A DNA stretch of 64,000 bases, from IMG/VR virus record IMGVR_UViG_3300045988_171102; one strand, written 5' to 3'. The notes beneath the pieces were generated by a model. It worked only from the letters and a program-made list of their open reading frames with translations, did no database searches and was not told the origin of the DNA. The translations under genes were made by a program, and so were the position numbers. This document shows, in pieces, positions 38,448 through 46,440 of the stretch; within the stretch, counting starts at the first letter, position 1; the number at the start of each line of letters is the position of its first letter. Origin of the DNA: a virus.

Positions 38448-38727
38448 CCTTTCTATTATCTTTTTTATTTGTATTTTTAGCTTTATATCCTACACATTTT
38501 TTATCCTTAAGAACTGTAATAAAATCACCTTCATCACAATTAGAAGGAACGGTTACACAATTTAAATTTTTACAAATGCAATATGTAGTCAATTTTTTTC
38601 CGTATTTATCGTAGACACAATGCTGTTCTTTCAATGCTCTACATTGCTTGTATTTGAAATCTAAATAAGTACAACCATTGCAAGTTAATTCCTTATCAAC
38701 TAAATAATTTTTGGATGTTTTTAACAT
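38428..38727 (-). CDS. cysteine-rich small protein
   Basis: 99 aa with many Cys residues (CNGCTY, CRALKEQHC, CICKNLNC). Confidence 0.5.
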   Translation of the reverse strand: MLKTSKNYLVDKELTCNGCTYLDFKYKQCRALKEQHCVYDKYGKKLTTYCICKNLNCVTVPSNCDEGDFITVLKDKKCVGYKAKNTNKKDNRKVDTTNE

Positions 38728-38728
38728 C

Positions 38729-39043
38729 TTAAAATCCTTTCTCTATAATCTCTTTTTGCTGTTTATCATATGACTCAATATGTTTATTTGATTTTAAAAA
38801 CTTAATTGTATTAGCTACAGCTAAAGCAGGATTTTTACTTCCTTTAAGCTTCTTCAATACAATTGTAGAAATTGAGTATGCTCCAATCATAAGACCTTTT
38901 TTGTAAGCAGCATCATAAACATTTTTAACAGCTTCTTTAATTTTTTCATCAGGAAATGAATCAATTATTTCTTCAACTGTCATATCGTTTACTTCTTTTG
39001 AAATTATTTTCACCACCTTTCGATTTAAAGTCATAATAGACAT
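38729..39043 (-). CDS. hypothetical protein
   Basis: 104-aa ORF, first gene downstream of motif copy 3. Confidence 0.5.
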   Translation of the reverse strand: MSIMTLNRKVVKIISKEVNDMTVEEIIDSFPDEKIKEAVKNVYDAAYKKGLMIGAYSISTIVLKKLKGSKNPALAVANTIKFLKSNKHIESYDKQQKEIIEKGF

Positions 39044-39087
39044 CCTTCATAACATCACCACCTTTAATTTTATATTTTATTTTTTGC

Positions 39088-39107
39088 AATTACAAATGAC
39101 GGTCAAT
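39088..39107 (+). promoter_or_regulatory. conserved intergenic motif copy 3 (AATTACAAATGACGGTCAAT)
   Basis: Lies upstream of the replication operon. On the minus strand, TTGTAA, 17 nt, TAAAAT overlaps it. Confidence 0.6.
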
Positions 39108-39239
39108 AGTGTTAAAAAAATAAAACACACTTCCACCTCTTTGGTTAATTACGCAATATCTGTTTTTATCTGCTCATTTTGCCACTATAAATGCAATTAT
39201 CAAAGGATAAAAACGGGAATCACAGTTTTAGCTGTAAAA

Positions 39240-39869
39240 CTATACTTTTATTGTTTCCAAACTTTCCAAAAACTGCTTCATAAAAATGTTATAATCTTCG
39301 ACTCGCTTATTTTCTTTATCTAAATCCGATTTAGCTTGCCGTATTTCATCCTTTAACGACTTCAAAAAGTTTTTCTTATATTCTTTGATACTTTCTGGAG
39401 TATCGTCAAATGTCTTTTTTATAATTCGCATATAATAATCATAGTCATAATCTGTACTTATACACATGTCAACCTGGTTTAGCGCAAATGTCTTAATGTT
39501 TTCATGCAGGTCAGTCGGTGGTTTCCATTTCTCCACTTCTTGTTTGATGCGTTGATACACTTTATCTTTTGCAATCATCTCGTTCAAACACTGTTTGGCT
39601 CTATCTATACATGAATCACGTTCTGTACGCACATATTTAGCAAACTCTGTATCTGTCATTTGAGAAAATTTCTTATATTTCTCTACAGATTCTTCATAAT
39701 GTTTTTGATAAAAGTTATCAGGTGTGAAATGCGTTGGTATAGGTTTTTTCAACCCTTTATCTCTGCTTATTTTTGCTGCTAAACCAAAATTGCGAGAACA
39801 GAGTAAAAGAAAATCTTTTCCTGTTGTTATTGTTCCATTTTCAATAAAAGATGTAAATCCTGTTGGCAT
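39240..39869 (-). CDS. hypothetical protein
   Basis: 209-aa ORF. Confidence 0.55.
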   Translation of the reverse strand: MPTGFTSFIENGTITTGKDFLLLCSRNFGLAAKISRDKGLKKPIPTHFTPDNFYQKHYEESVEKYKKFSQMTDTEFAKYVRTERDSCIDRAKQCLNEMIAKDKVYQRIKQEVEKWKPPTDLHENIKTFALNQVDMCISTDYDYDYYMRIIKKTFDDTPESIKEYKKNFLKSLKDEIRQAKSDLDKENKRVEDYNIFMKQFLESLETIKV

Positions 39870-39932
39870 ATTTAAAACTCCTTTTTTAATATTTTTTGAG
39901 ATTTTACACCCGACACTGTGAATGTACAGAGG

Positions 39933-40043
39933 TTATTGATGGTCATTGGTGAAATTCATTACAGGAACTACAACAACTGCGACAATAACTGCGATAATAA
40001 CTAATGTAATTACTGTTAAGTAACCTAAGCTCTTCTTTGACAT
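39933..40043 (-). CDS. small single-pass membrane peptide (36 aa)
   Basis: My translation gives MSKKSLGYLTVITLVIIAVIVAVVVVPVMNFTNDHQ, preceded by GGAGAGG. Confidence 0.4.
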   Translation of the reverse strand: MSKKSLGYLTVITLVIIAVIVAVVVVPVMNFTNDHQ

Positions 40044-40149
40044 TTTCTTTCTACCTCTCCTTGTATTTTTTATATAGGTATAGTCTTATTGTTTTCAATT
40101 TTGCTTTCATATATTTTTTTTAATTTGTAATAGAGTTATATTCTTTTCT

Positions 40150-40536
40150 TTATCCTTCTTCAGCAATCTGATTCCAACATTCAACACATTTGTTAGAATC
40201 TTTTTTGCAATCCTCTACGCTCATCAACCCTAAATCATGAGGACACACATAAGATGGTTTGCCATTGTTGTCGAGAGGAACATTTGGATATTTCTCTAAT
40301 AAATCCGTAAGATAGGTCTTTTGCGGATGTCCATCCGACCATTGTTGAACTTTTTCTATTGCTTTTTCAGGATAATTCGCTTCAAAAGTTGCACACATCA
40401 TACTTTCAGATGTACCATTATTTTGCCAAGATAATGGGCAGTCAGTGCATTCAATTTGACATCCTCCATATCTATACCTTTTTGTCATTCTCGCTTTTTC
40501 AACGAGATAGTTTTTAGTTTTCGAGCAATCACCCAT
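40150..40536 (-). CDS. Cys-rich protein (paralog family)
   Basis: MGDCSKTKNYLVEKARMTKR..CQIECTDCPLSWQNNGTSESMMCATFE...CVECWNQ. The start follows GGGTGGAGAAA and overlaps the upstream stop. Confidence 0.6.
   Translation of the reverse strand: MGDCSKTKNYLVEKARMTKRYRYGGCQIECTDCPLSWQNNGTSESMMCATFEANYPEKAIEKVQQWSDGHPQKTYLTDLLEKYPNVPLDNNGKPSYVCPHDLGLMSVEDCKKDSNKCVECWNQIAEEG
40381..40444. repeat. 64-bp perfect dispersed repeat, copy 2
   Basis: Identical to 22678..22741. Confidence 0.9.
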
Positions 40537-40933
40537 TTTCTCCACCCTCTTCATTGTTTTTAATAGGCTGATTCCAGCATTTAGCACACGCATTGTCTAC
40601 TTCGCAATTATCTAAACTCGTCGCCCCTAATTCATACAGACATATACCTTTAGGAGTTCCATCATCCTTAAGTGGAGTGTTTGGAAAGATTTTCAAAAGC
40701 TCCGTAAGATATGTTTTCTGTAGATGTTCATTGCTCCATCTCTGAATTATTTCTATTGCCTTTTCAGGGTGAAGCATTTCAAGAGTGGTACACGAAACAA
40801 GACCGGATGTCCCGTTATTTTCACTGCATAAAGGACACACGGAACAATCAATTTTACATAACCCTTTTCTTGTTCTTTTCGTCATCCTCAACTTTTCGTT
40901 GAAGTAATTTTTAGCAATATTACAATCAATCAT
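40529..40933 (-). CDS. Cys-rich protein (paralog family)
   Basis: MIDCNIAKNYFNEKLRMTKRTRKGLCKIDCSVCPLCSENNGTS...CAKCWNQ. Confidence 0.6.
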   Translation of the reverse strand: MIDCNIAKNYFNEKLRMTKRTRKGLCKIDCSVCPLCSENNGTSGLVSCTTLEMLHPEKAIEIIQRWSNEHLQKTYLTELLKIFPNTPLKDDGTPKGICLYELGATSLDNCEVDNACAKCWNQPIKNNEEGGENG

Positions 40934-41015
40934 TTTTTACACCTCTATACTATCTTGTTTAAATGTTGAATTTATTCGTGGTTTTCCTCAACTAAATTCC
41001 AATAAAACCTCACTT

Positions 41016-41663
41016 TTATTCTTCAGTATCTACAGCCGCTACAAATTCACCATCTTTTAAAGTATAATAAACACCTGCTTTAATTTTATCTCCATCAACT
41101 CTTGTCATCTTTGCACCAACAAATTCCCATCCTTTTTTATTGCTAACATACCGCCATTCAGCACAGACGATATGAGAACCAATACAGCCTTTTGCCTTAC
41201 TTAGATACCCCCAAGCAACAGCCACCCCTGTTGTGTTCTCAACTGAGGACGCTCCTTTATAGCCTGTGGCTGAGGACGCTCCTTTATAGCCTGTAGCTGA
41301 GGACGCTCCGTAATCTCCTGTGGCATTCTGCATTGTGACGGTTTTGGATTTGGTAAAATCTATTGCAGCCTGAACAAGTCCAGCTATGCTTAATTTTGCA
41401 CCAATTTTAATCTTAGTTGATGCAATTTTTGAATCTCTATTATCAGAACCGGATGAAAATTCACCTGTCTGTTCAACTTCATGATATACACTTGTATTTG
41501 GTGAATAATAACCTAAACAATCTAAAGGGTATTCACATGCATGAAATCCTTCATTACAAACAACAGCTTTACTTGTTTCATATTCTTTGCCTTCTTTATA
41601 CTGAAAGCCTCTGCAAGTCATATCTTTATTAAAACCTTTGTAACTTTTAACTACTTTTGACAT
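41016..41663 (-). CDS. hypothetical protein with internal 9-aa tandem repeats
   Basis: 215 aa with ...GASSATGYKGASSATGYKGASS... encoded by 27-bp tandem repeats. Confidence 0.55.
   Translation of the reverse strand: MSKVVKSYKGFNKDMTCRGFQYKEGKEYETSKAVVCNEGFHACEYPLDCLGYYSPNTSVYHEVEQTGEFSSGSDNRDSKIASTKIKIGAKLSIAGLVQAAIDFTKSKTVTMQNATGDYGASSATGYKGASSATGYKGASSVENTTGVAVAWGYLSKAKGCIGSHIVCAEWRYVSNKKGWEFVGAKMTRVDGDKIKAGVYYTLKDGEFVAAVDTEE
41243..41323. repeat. 3 x 27-bp tandem repeat inside CDS
   Basis: The unit CTGAGGACGCTCCTTTATAGCCTGTGG occurs twice near-perfectly, followed by a diverged third copy. Confidence 0.85.
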
Positions 41664-41962
41664 TATGTATTCTCCTTTATGCTCTTAATATTTTTAACCA
41701 CAATTGTAGGTTTTGGAACTTTCTTCCTTTTGAGAATCATCGTCATTCTGCGATGCTCAATTATTGTATCTTTGATGTTTATGTATATCATATTTACAAT
41801 GAATGGAATGAGCAAAATCAATAATTCGCCACCAAGCATTTCTGATTTTCGTTCATTCACTGCTCCCAGTCGGGCAATTATAAACAATGGAATCGTAATG
41901 GAAATTGATATTGCACTTATCCAGAATCGCATTCTATGTAGTTCAGTTTTTAACTTCTTCAT
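41663..41962 (-). CDS. membrane protein
   Basis: 99 aa with two hydrophobic helices. Confidence 0.5.
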   Translation of the reverse strand: MKKLKTELHRMRFWISAISISITIPLFIIARLGAVNERKSEMLGGELLILLIPFIVNMIYINIKDTIIEHRRMTMILKRKKVPKPTIVVKNIKSIKENT

Positions 41963-42099
41963 TGGACTCTTTCCTTTCTTTTATTTGGACGGCTTCAGTT
42001 CATTCTGATGAACAACCACAGACCGTTATGGTGACGCTTATCCGTCATGCGTCAAGGAGGTTACAAAATGAGTTTGTGCCGATTGCACTCACTTGTAAA

Positions 42100-42175
42100 T
42101 GGTGACACAGAAGAGATTTGAACTCTCACTTTACAGATTTTAAGTCTGCTGTCTCTGCCGTTGGACTACTGTGTC
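42100..42175 (-). tRNA. tRNA with anticodon UAA (reads UUA, Leu by anticodon) but class-I short variable loop; CCA encoded
   Basis: Hand-folded cloverleaf: acceptor GACACAG/CTGTGTC (7 bp), anticodon stem GCAGA/TCTGT, loop CTTAAAA, T-arm GAGAG-TTCAAAT-CTCTT, A73. Confidence 0.75.
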
Positions 42176-42336
42176 ATATCCGGTATTATGTAGACTAAAA
42201 GGCTGATGGAACAACAGTAAAAGGACATCGTCGTTCAACACCGAACTGAGCAAATATTCAGTATAAAGTCTTTCTACAAATTAAGTAGATTTTTATTTGA
42301 ATCGCTAAGATTATAAAATCACTACACAATACCGTT

Positions 42337-42411
42337 TGGCTGAGCAGGCGGGAATTGAACCCACGATACTGGAGTCAAAGTCCAGTGCCTTAACCGCTTG
42401 GCGACTGCTCA
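42337..42411 (-). tRNA. tRNA-Gln (anticodon UUG), CCA encoded
   Basis: Hand-folded: acceptor TGAGCAG/CTGCTCA with the U1-A72 pair typical of bacterial tRNA-Gln, anticodon loop CTTTGAC, T-arm GTGGG-TTCAATT-CCCGC, G73. Confidence 0.85.
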
Positions 42412-42511
42412 ATATATAAAACCGTAAGCAAAAGAATTTCTGAAAAACTTACGGTTGATTTTCACAACTAATAAACCAACTAAAAAGGAGATAAGTTAAA
42501 TATATATAAAA

Positions 42512-43408
42512 TCAGACTTCCAAGCCAACACCATATTTTTCAACAAAATCATCAATTTCCTTTTGTTGAATATTAATATAGGCAGCCGTTATTTTTTGAC
42601 TGGAATGACCAAGAAATTCTGATGTAATTTGAAGTTCTTTGACATCCGTTGTATGATCTACAACATTTCGGGCAATTGTCTTTCGTAAGCTATGTGTTCC
42701 ATAATGTTTACAAAACATTTGTGGATTTTTACTATGCAGTTTTTTTGTTAATCTCTGAATGACTTTTCTCATTCCATCCACTGTATTTGGTTCATCTGGA
42801 GTGAAGCACTTAGGAAACAGCCAATCTGACATTTTTAATTTACAATTTCCATGAAGTTGATTATATTTTCCTAATTCACGGAAATAATATTGTAAAGCTG
42901 ATTTAGCAAAAGAGTTAATCTTCACATGAGCATATTTCTTAGTTTTTTGCTCATGTAAATTAATGTATTCCCCAACACTTATCCCATTAGAACTGGTTTG
43001 CAAAACATCTCCAACCTTTAAACTTACAATATCACCTGCTCTTCGAGCTGTATTTACACTCAATACTATATAAAGGTAATTTCTCAAACTGTTTATATAA
43101 TATTTTGAAGGTTTTAAAAGCTCTTCGAGCATGAGCTTTACTTCATTGGGCGTGAAAGCATCAGTGCTTTTATCAGTAATTTTCTTTGTAACTAAATAAT
43201 TATTGTCTACTTCAATACAATCAATTAAATTTTCGTTATCGTTAAAATATAATTCATCCTCATTGTCCATTTGTTCAAGATAACGATTTATTTCAACAAC
43301 ATTATCAAGATAACTTTTCCCGCTTATTTCAGTATTATCATTTGTAACAATGTTAATATCGGGAACATATTGCTCCTTAAATCCAATCAAAGCCAATTGC
43401 TGACTCAT
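42512..43408 (-). CDS. tyrosine recombinase (second, XerC/D- or integrase-like)
   Basis: ARRAGDIVSL (Arg), THSLRKTIARN (HxxR) and LGHSSQKITAAYI (His...Tyr). Confidence 0.8.
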   Translation of the reverse strand: MSQQLALIGFKEQYVPDINIVTNDNTEISGKSYLDNVVEINRYLEQMDNEDELYFNDNENLIDCIEVDNNYLVTKKITDKSTDAFTPNEVKLMLEELLKPSKYYINSLRNYLYIVLSVNTARRAGDIVSLKVGDVLQTSSNGISVGEYINLHEQKTKKYAHVKINSFAKSALQYYFRELGKYNQLHGNCKLKMSDWLFPKCFTPDEPNTVDGMRKVIQRLTKKLHSKNPQMFCKHYGTHSLRKTIARNVVDHTTDVKELQITSEFLGHSSQKITAAYINIQQKEIDDFVEKYGVGLEV

Positions 43409-43450
43409 ATATTTTCACTCCTTATTATATGTTCCATTTCTTATTTTAAA

Positions 43451-43470
43451 AATTACAAGTGACGGTCATT
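43451..43470 (+). promoter_or_regulatory. conserved intergenic motif copy 4 (AATTACAAGTGACGGTCATT)
   Basis: About 45 nt upstream of the second recombinase's start codon. Confidence 0.6.
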
Positions 43471-43530
43471 GATATGTATTTTTTTGGCTACTAATCTTGT
43501 AGCCAAAAAAATATAAATTAATTAAATTAA

Positions 43531-44436
43531 TCATAAGTTAAAGTATGTTCGCCATTGTTTATATCTGTTGATCATCTTTCCTTTATCAAAGTCATTTCTT
43601 GGTTCAGGAAATCCAAAACTTAATAAAACTTTTGTATCAACTTGTTTGGGTGTAACAGATAAAAATATAAAATTATCGTTAGCTTTATCATATTTGTAAC
43701 ATCGTTGATAAATGCCAGACCAACGAAACTGATAAGAATTAATACCACAATTTTTCCAAAGATTACGAATAAGAACTGTATCCAATTTTGGATATAGCCT
43801 AAATATTTCAGCTAACATATCCGGAACTGCAAATGCAATGTTTTCAAAATTGACGATATTATTATTAGTACCCAAATGTTTAACAGAACAATCTGCCTCT
43901 TTTGCAGTTACATTTGCCCCATTAAAGTATAATAAAGCAAATATCATAGTTAAATCCCGATGAATCTTACTTTTGAAATATTTACTCCAATCCTCAGATA
44001 TAATACTGTAGGTTGTCCATTTCAGTGTTGGAATAACAGTCGGTACAAATACATCAGCCTTAAAGTCAATTATCAATTTTGGAATTGGTCGTTTTAACAC
44101 TTTAAAATATTCCATAATTAATAATTTATTTCTTACAATATCTTCTGTATATTTTTCATCTTGTATCTTGGATAACACATCATATTCATTCCAACACCAT
44201 ATAGGGGATTTATCACAACATTCTTTGTCAGATATATCTTTCAATTTATATAGCATCCTATGAATAACATATGCTGTATCTAAGTATAAAGAATGATACT
44301 CCTTTGTTTTTGCTTGACAATTTAAAATATTCTCTAATACTTGAATTTTTCCTTTTTGATCAAATAATATTTCTTCAATAATTGATTGACCTTTACGGTC
44401 ATTATCACACATTCCCATTAACAAACAGCCTTTCAC
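43531..44436 (-). CDS. hypothetical protein
   Basis: 301-aa ORF directly upstream of the recombinase. Confidence 0.55.
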   Translation of the reverse strand: MKGCLLMGMCDNDRKGQSIIEEILFDQKGKIQVLENILNCQAKTKEYHSLYLDTAYVIHRMLYKLKDISDKECCDKSPIWCWNEYDVLSKIQDEKYTEDIVRNKLLIMEYFKVLKRPIPKLIIDFKADVFVPTVIPTLKWTTYSIISEDWSKYFKSKIHRDLTMIFALLYFNGANVTAKEADCSVKHLGTNNNIVNFENIAFAVPDMLAEIFRLYPKLDTVLIRNLWKNCGINSYQFRWSGIYQRCYKYDKANDNFIFLSVTPKQVDTKVLLSFGFPEPRNDFDKGKMINRYKQWRTYFNL

Positions 44437-44526
44437 GATTATTAATACATATTATACCAATATGTAAGGCAACTTGTCAAATACAAAATGGAAAGGTAAA
44501 TCAATTATTTATCAAGCAATTATCTA

Positions 44527-44928
44527 TCACCTATGAAGATTGCTGTATAGATGTACAAAACAATTTAATCCCATCATGTTAATAGCACAAAGGCGAGCGT
44601 CTTTTAATTCACTCTCAGTCAGTTGACCAATCTTATATCCTAATTGATTTTGATTAATTGTAGTAATCTGTTCCCCTAAGATTATCGACTCACTTCTCAA
44701 ACCATTTATGTCATTTGGTTTTATTTTCATATGCGTAGGTAAATCTTTCTTATGTTTAGAAGTCAACGGCATAACCGTAACAATACCACTATAATAATTA
44801 CCGATATCGTTACTAACAACAACGACTGGTCTTAATCCTGTTTGCAGAGAGCCTTGACCGCTTAAATTTGCGAAATATACATCTCCGCACTTAATATTCT
44901 TTACACTAACATTTTCTGCGACTCTCAT
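44527..44928 (-). CDS. MazF/PemK-family endoribonuclease toxin
   Basis: GDVYFANL....QTGLRPVVVVSND....VTVMPLTS matches the PemK pattern. Confidence 0.8.
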   Translation of the reverse strand: MRVAENVSVKNIKCGDVYFANLSGQGSLQTGLRPVVVVSNDIGNYYSGIVTVMPLTSKHKKDLPTHMKIKPNDINGLRSESIILGEQITTINQNQLGYKIGQLTESELKDARLCAINMMGLNCFVHLYSNLHR

Positions 44929-45082
44929 CGCTAATCTCCTTCCTTTTGTACTTATTTTGAATTTACATAAGTTTTAGTGAGTGGATAATACCCTCACCAT
45001 TCGGCAGCAAAATCTACCGTTATAATCCATTCACTAATTATCAAACTAAATCAATGAAGTTGCTACCGAAATAAATGACATT

Positions 45083-45095
45083 TGACCGTCATTTA
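45083..45095 (-). promoter_or_regulatory. conserved intergenic motif copy 5 (TGACCGTCATTTA) within a 10-bp-arm palindrome
   Basis: AATAAATGAC-atttgacc-GTCATTTATT, upstream of the mazF-like gene. Confidence 0.5.
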
Positions 45096-45136
45096 TTCGT
45101 CGCTTTTATTCTTCTATTGTTTATGCTCATATGATA

Positions 45137-45682
45137 TCATTTATTGTTGCCGTTGTCAATAGTTTTATTAAAAAAAATTGAAAAAAATTCAAATTTATTT
45201 TTGCAACTATGTAATTTAAGTGCGTTTATAATTTTCAAGCTCTCTGTCTGTACATCCTTCAACATTCCGATCCTATCACCTATCAAGTAAAACCCCATAG
45301 AAACATACGCTAAACAATCTTCATTGTTCGGATCTGAAGGAAGATAGCCTATTACATATGCCTTTTTTTCTGTTCCTAACTCTATACAAGTAAATTTACG
45401 GCATTTAATATATTTACAAGCTGTTAAGTAGTCTTGTTCTGATACGAAATCAGCAAGTGAACACTCGCCTATGTAGACTAAATTCTTAAAATCATAATTA
45501 CAAAAATCAGTAAAACATAAATCTATTAACCGTGTTTCAGTTTCAGTCTTACACCTGCAATTCATTTCAAGGTCATTAGTTATTTGTGGCTTGCAAGCCT
45601 GATTTCGAGGAATAATCATTCCATTATCAAGGTAAATGCTCCAGTTCCAACATTCATTGAATAAGTTAATTGTGTTGTTCAT
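45137..45682 (-). CDS. hypothetical protein
   Basis: 181-aa ORF with its own consensus promoter and an AAAGGAAG Shine-Dalgarno. Confidence 0.55.
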   Translation of the reverse strand: MNNTINLFNECWNWSIYLDNGMIIPRNQACKPQITNDLEMNCRCKTETETRLIDLCFTDFCNYDFKNLVYIGECSLADFVSEQDYLTACKYIKCRKFTCIELGTEKKAYVIGYLPSDPNNEDCLAYVSMGFYLIGDRIGMLKDVQTESLKIINALKLHSCKNKFEFFSIFFNKTIDNGNNK

Positions 45683-45738
45683 TATACCCGCTTCCTTTTA
45701 TTTTAAAAATAGAACACTTGTTCGATTACTTAATTTAA

Positions 45739-45766
45739 TTATAATCAAAAAATTCTATATTGTCAA
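45739..45766 (-). promoter_or_regulatory. consensus sigma-A promoter
   Basis: The minus strand reads TTGACA, 17 nt (atatagaattttttgat), TATAAT. Confidence 0.7.
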
Positions 45767-45788
45767 TGAGTAAACCAACATTTATCAA

Positions 45789-45941
45789 TCAAATCTTTGG
45801 CTCATCATCATTTCTGTTTTTAATATATTGATTTAAATATTGTTTATTATTTTTTTTGATCTTATGGTTTGCATAATTTTCTTTACTCTTTTCCCACAGA
45901 ATTAAGATAATAAACCCTATAATACACACTAAAGTTATCAT
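45789..45941 (-). CDS. small membrane peptide (50 aa)
   Basis: My translation gives MITLVCIIGFIILILWEKSKENYANHKIKKNNKQYLNQYIKNRNDDEPKI: a hydrophobic N-terminus and a charged tail. GGTGATGA lies upstream. Confidence 0.4.
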   Translation of the reverse strand: MITLVCIIGFIILILWEKSKENYANHKIKKNNKQYLNQYIKNRNDDEPKI

Positions 45942-45956
45942 GATTCATCACCATAT

Positions 45957-46136
45957 TTATATTAGGTTTAATTCTTTAGTTAAGCGTAAAGCTATTACTG
46001 ATTTAAAATTTCTTACAGGTACAGATACAGTATTCATTCCATTGCCATATATCGCATGATTACCATTCTGCCTAAGAAAACTATACCCATTATTCCTTAA
46101 CTTTCTTAAAAAGGCTCTTTCATTTACCTGTTTCAA
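45957..46136 (-). CDS. HicA-like toxin (59 aa, missed by ORF track)
   Basis: My translation from a TTG start gives (L)KQVNERAFLRKLRNNGYSFLRQNGNHAIYGNGMNTVSVPVRNFKSVIALRLTKELNLI. This fits the HicA pattern ..L...Gf...rq.GsH......vp.h..i....l..i.k.l.l. The TTG overlaps the upstream stop (TTGA). Confidence 0.55.
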   Translation of the reverse strand: MKQVNERAFLRKLRNNGYSFLRQNGNHAIYGNGMNTVSVPVRNFKSVIALRLTKELNLI

Positions 46137-46363
46137 TTATAAATTTCCTCCAATTCTTGAATAGTCGATGACAAATCATCAAGTAAATCCTCAAAGTTAT
46201 CATAGGACTCACAGTTCTCTTCATATCTTTCTGAGTTTTGCAAATTTTCAGGAACAGAATCTAAATACTCTTCTTCTTCGGAAAGAATATTTTCTAACTT
46301 ACCAATGCATATATTAATAGAATCTATTTCTACCTTAATTTTCTTTCTTCTTAAATTGTTCAT
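46133..46363 (-). CDS. acidic coiled-coil small protein
   Basis: 76 aa, very D/E-rich, translationally coupled to the HicA-like ORF. Confidence 0.5.
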   Translation of the reverse strand: MNNLRRKKIKVEIDSINICIGKLENILSEEEEYLDSVPENLQNSERYEENCESYDNFEDLLDDLSSTIQELEEIYN

Positions 46364-46440
46364 ATATATTCATTTACCTTTCACTATTATTGTACAAAAT
46401 TTTCCTATCCAAATTCAACCCACAAAATATGGAAATAACA

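Noticed and set aside
41990-42099. A possible third tRNA or tRNA-like element next to the tRNA pair.
   Set aside because: I could not fold an acceptor stem or a T-arm. There is no TTCRANT loop and the acceptor-stem pairing is weak.
43479-43511. The 13-bp-stem hairpin T7-GGCTAC-taatctt-GTAGCC-A7, considered as a rho-independent terminator.
   Set aside because: On both strands the stem is followed by an A-run, with the T-run preceding it. This is the opposite of terminator geometry. I kept it only as a structural oddity near the recombinase.
45718-45745. A plus-strand promoter-like TTGTTC-16-TATAAT, which suggested an antisense RNA opposite the 50-aa hydrophobic peptide (a type I TA idea).
   Set aside because: The TATAAT is the mirror of the palindromic ATTATAAT used by a perfect minus-strand TTGACA-17-TATAAT promoter for 45137..45682. 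The plus-strand reading is weaker and has no terminator, so it is probably coincidental.
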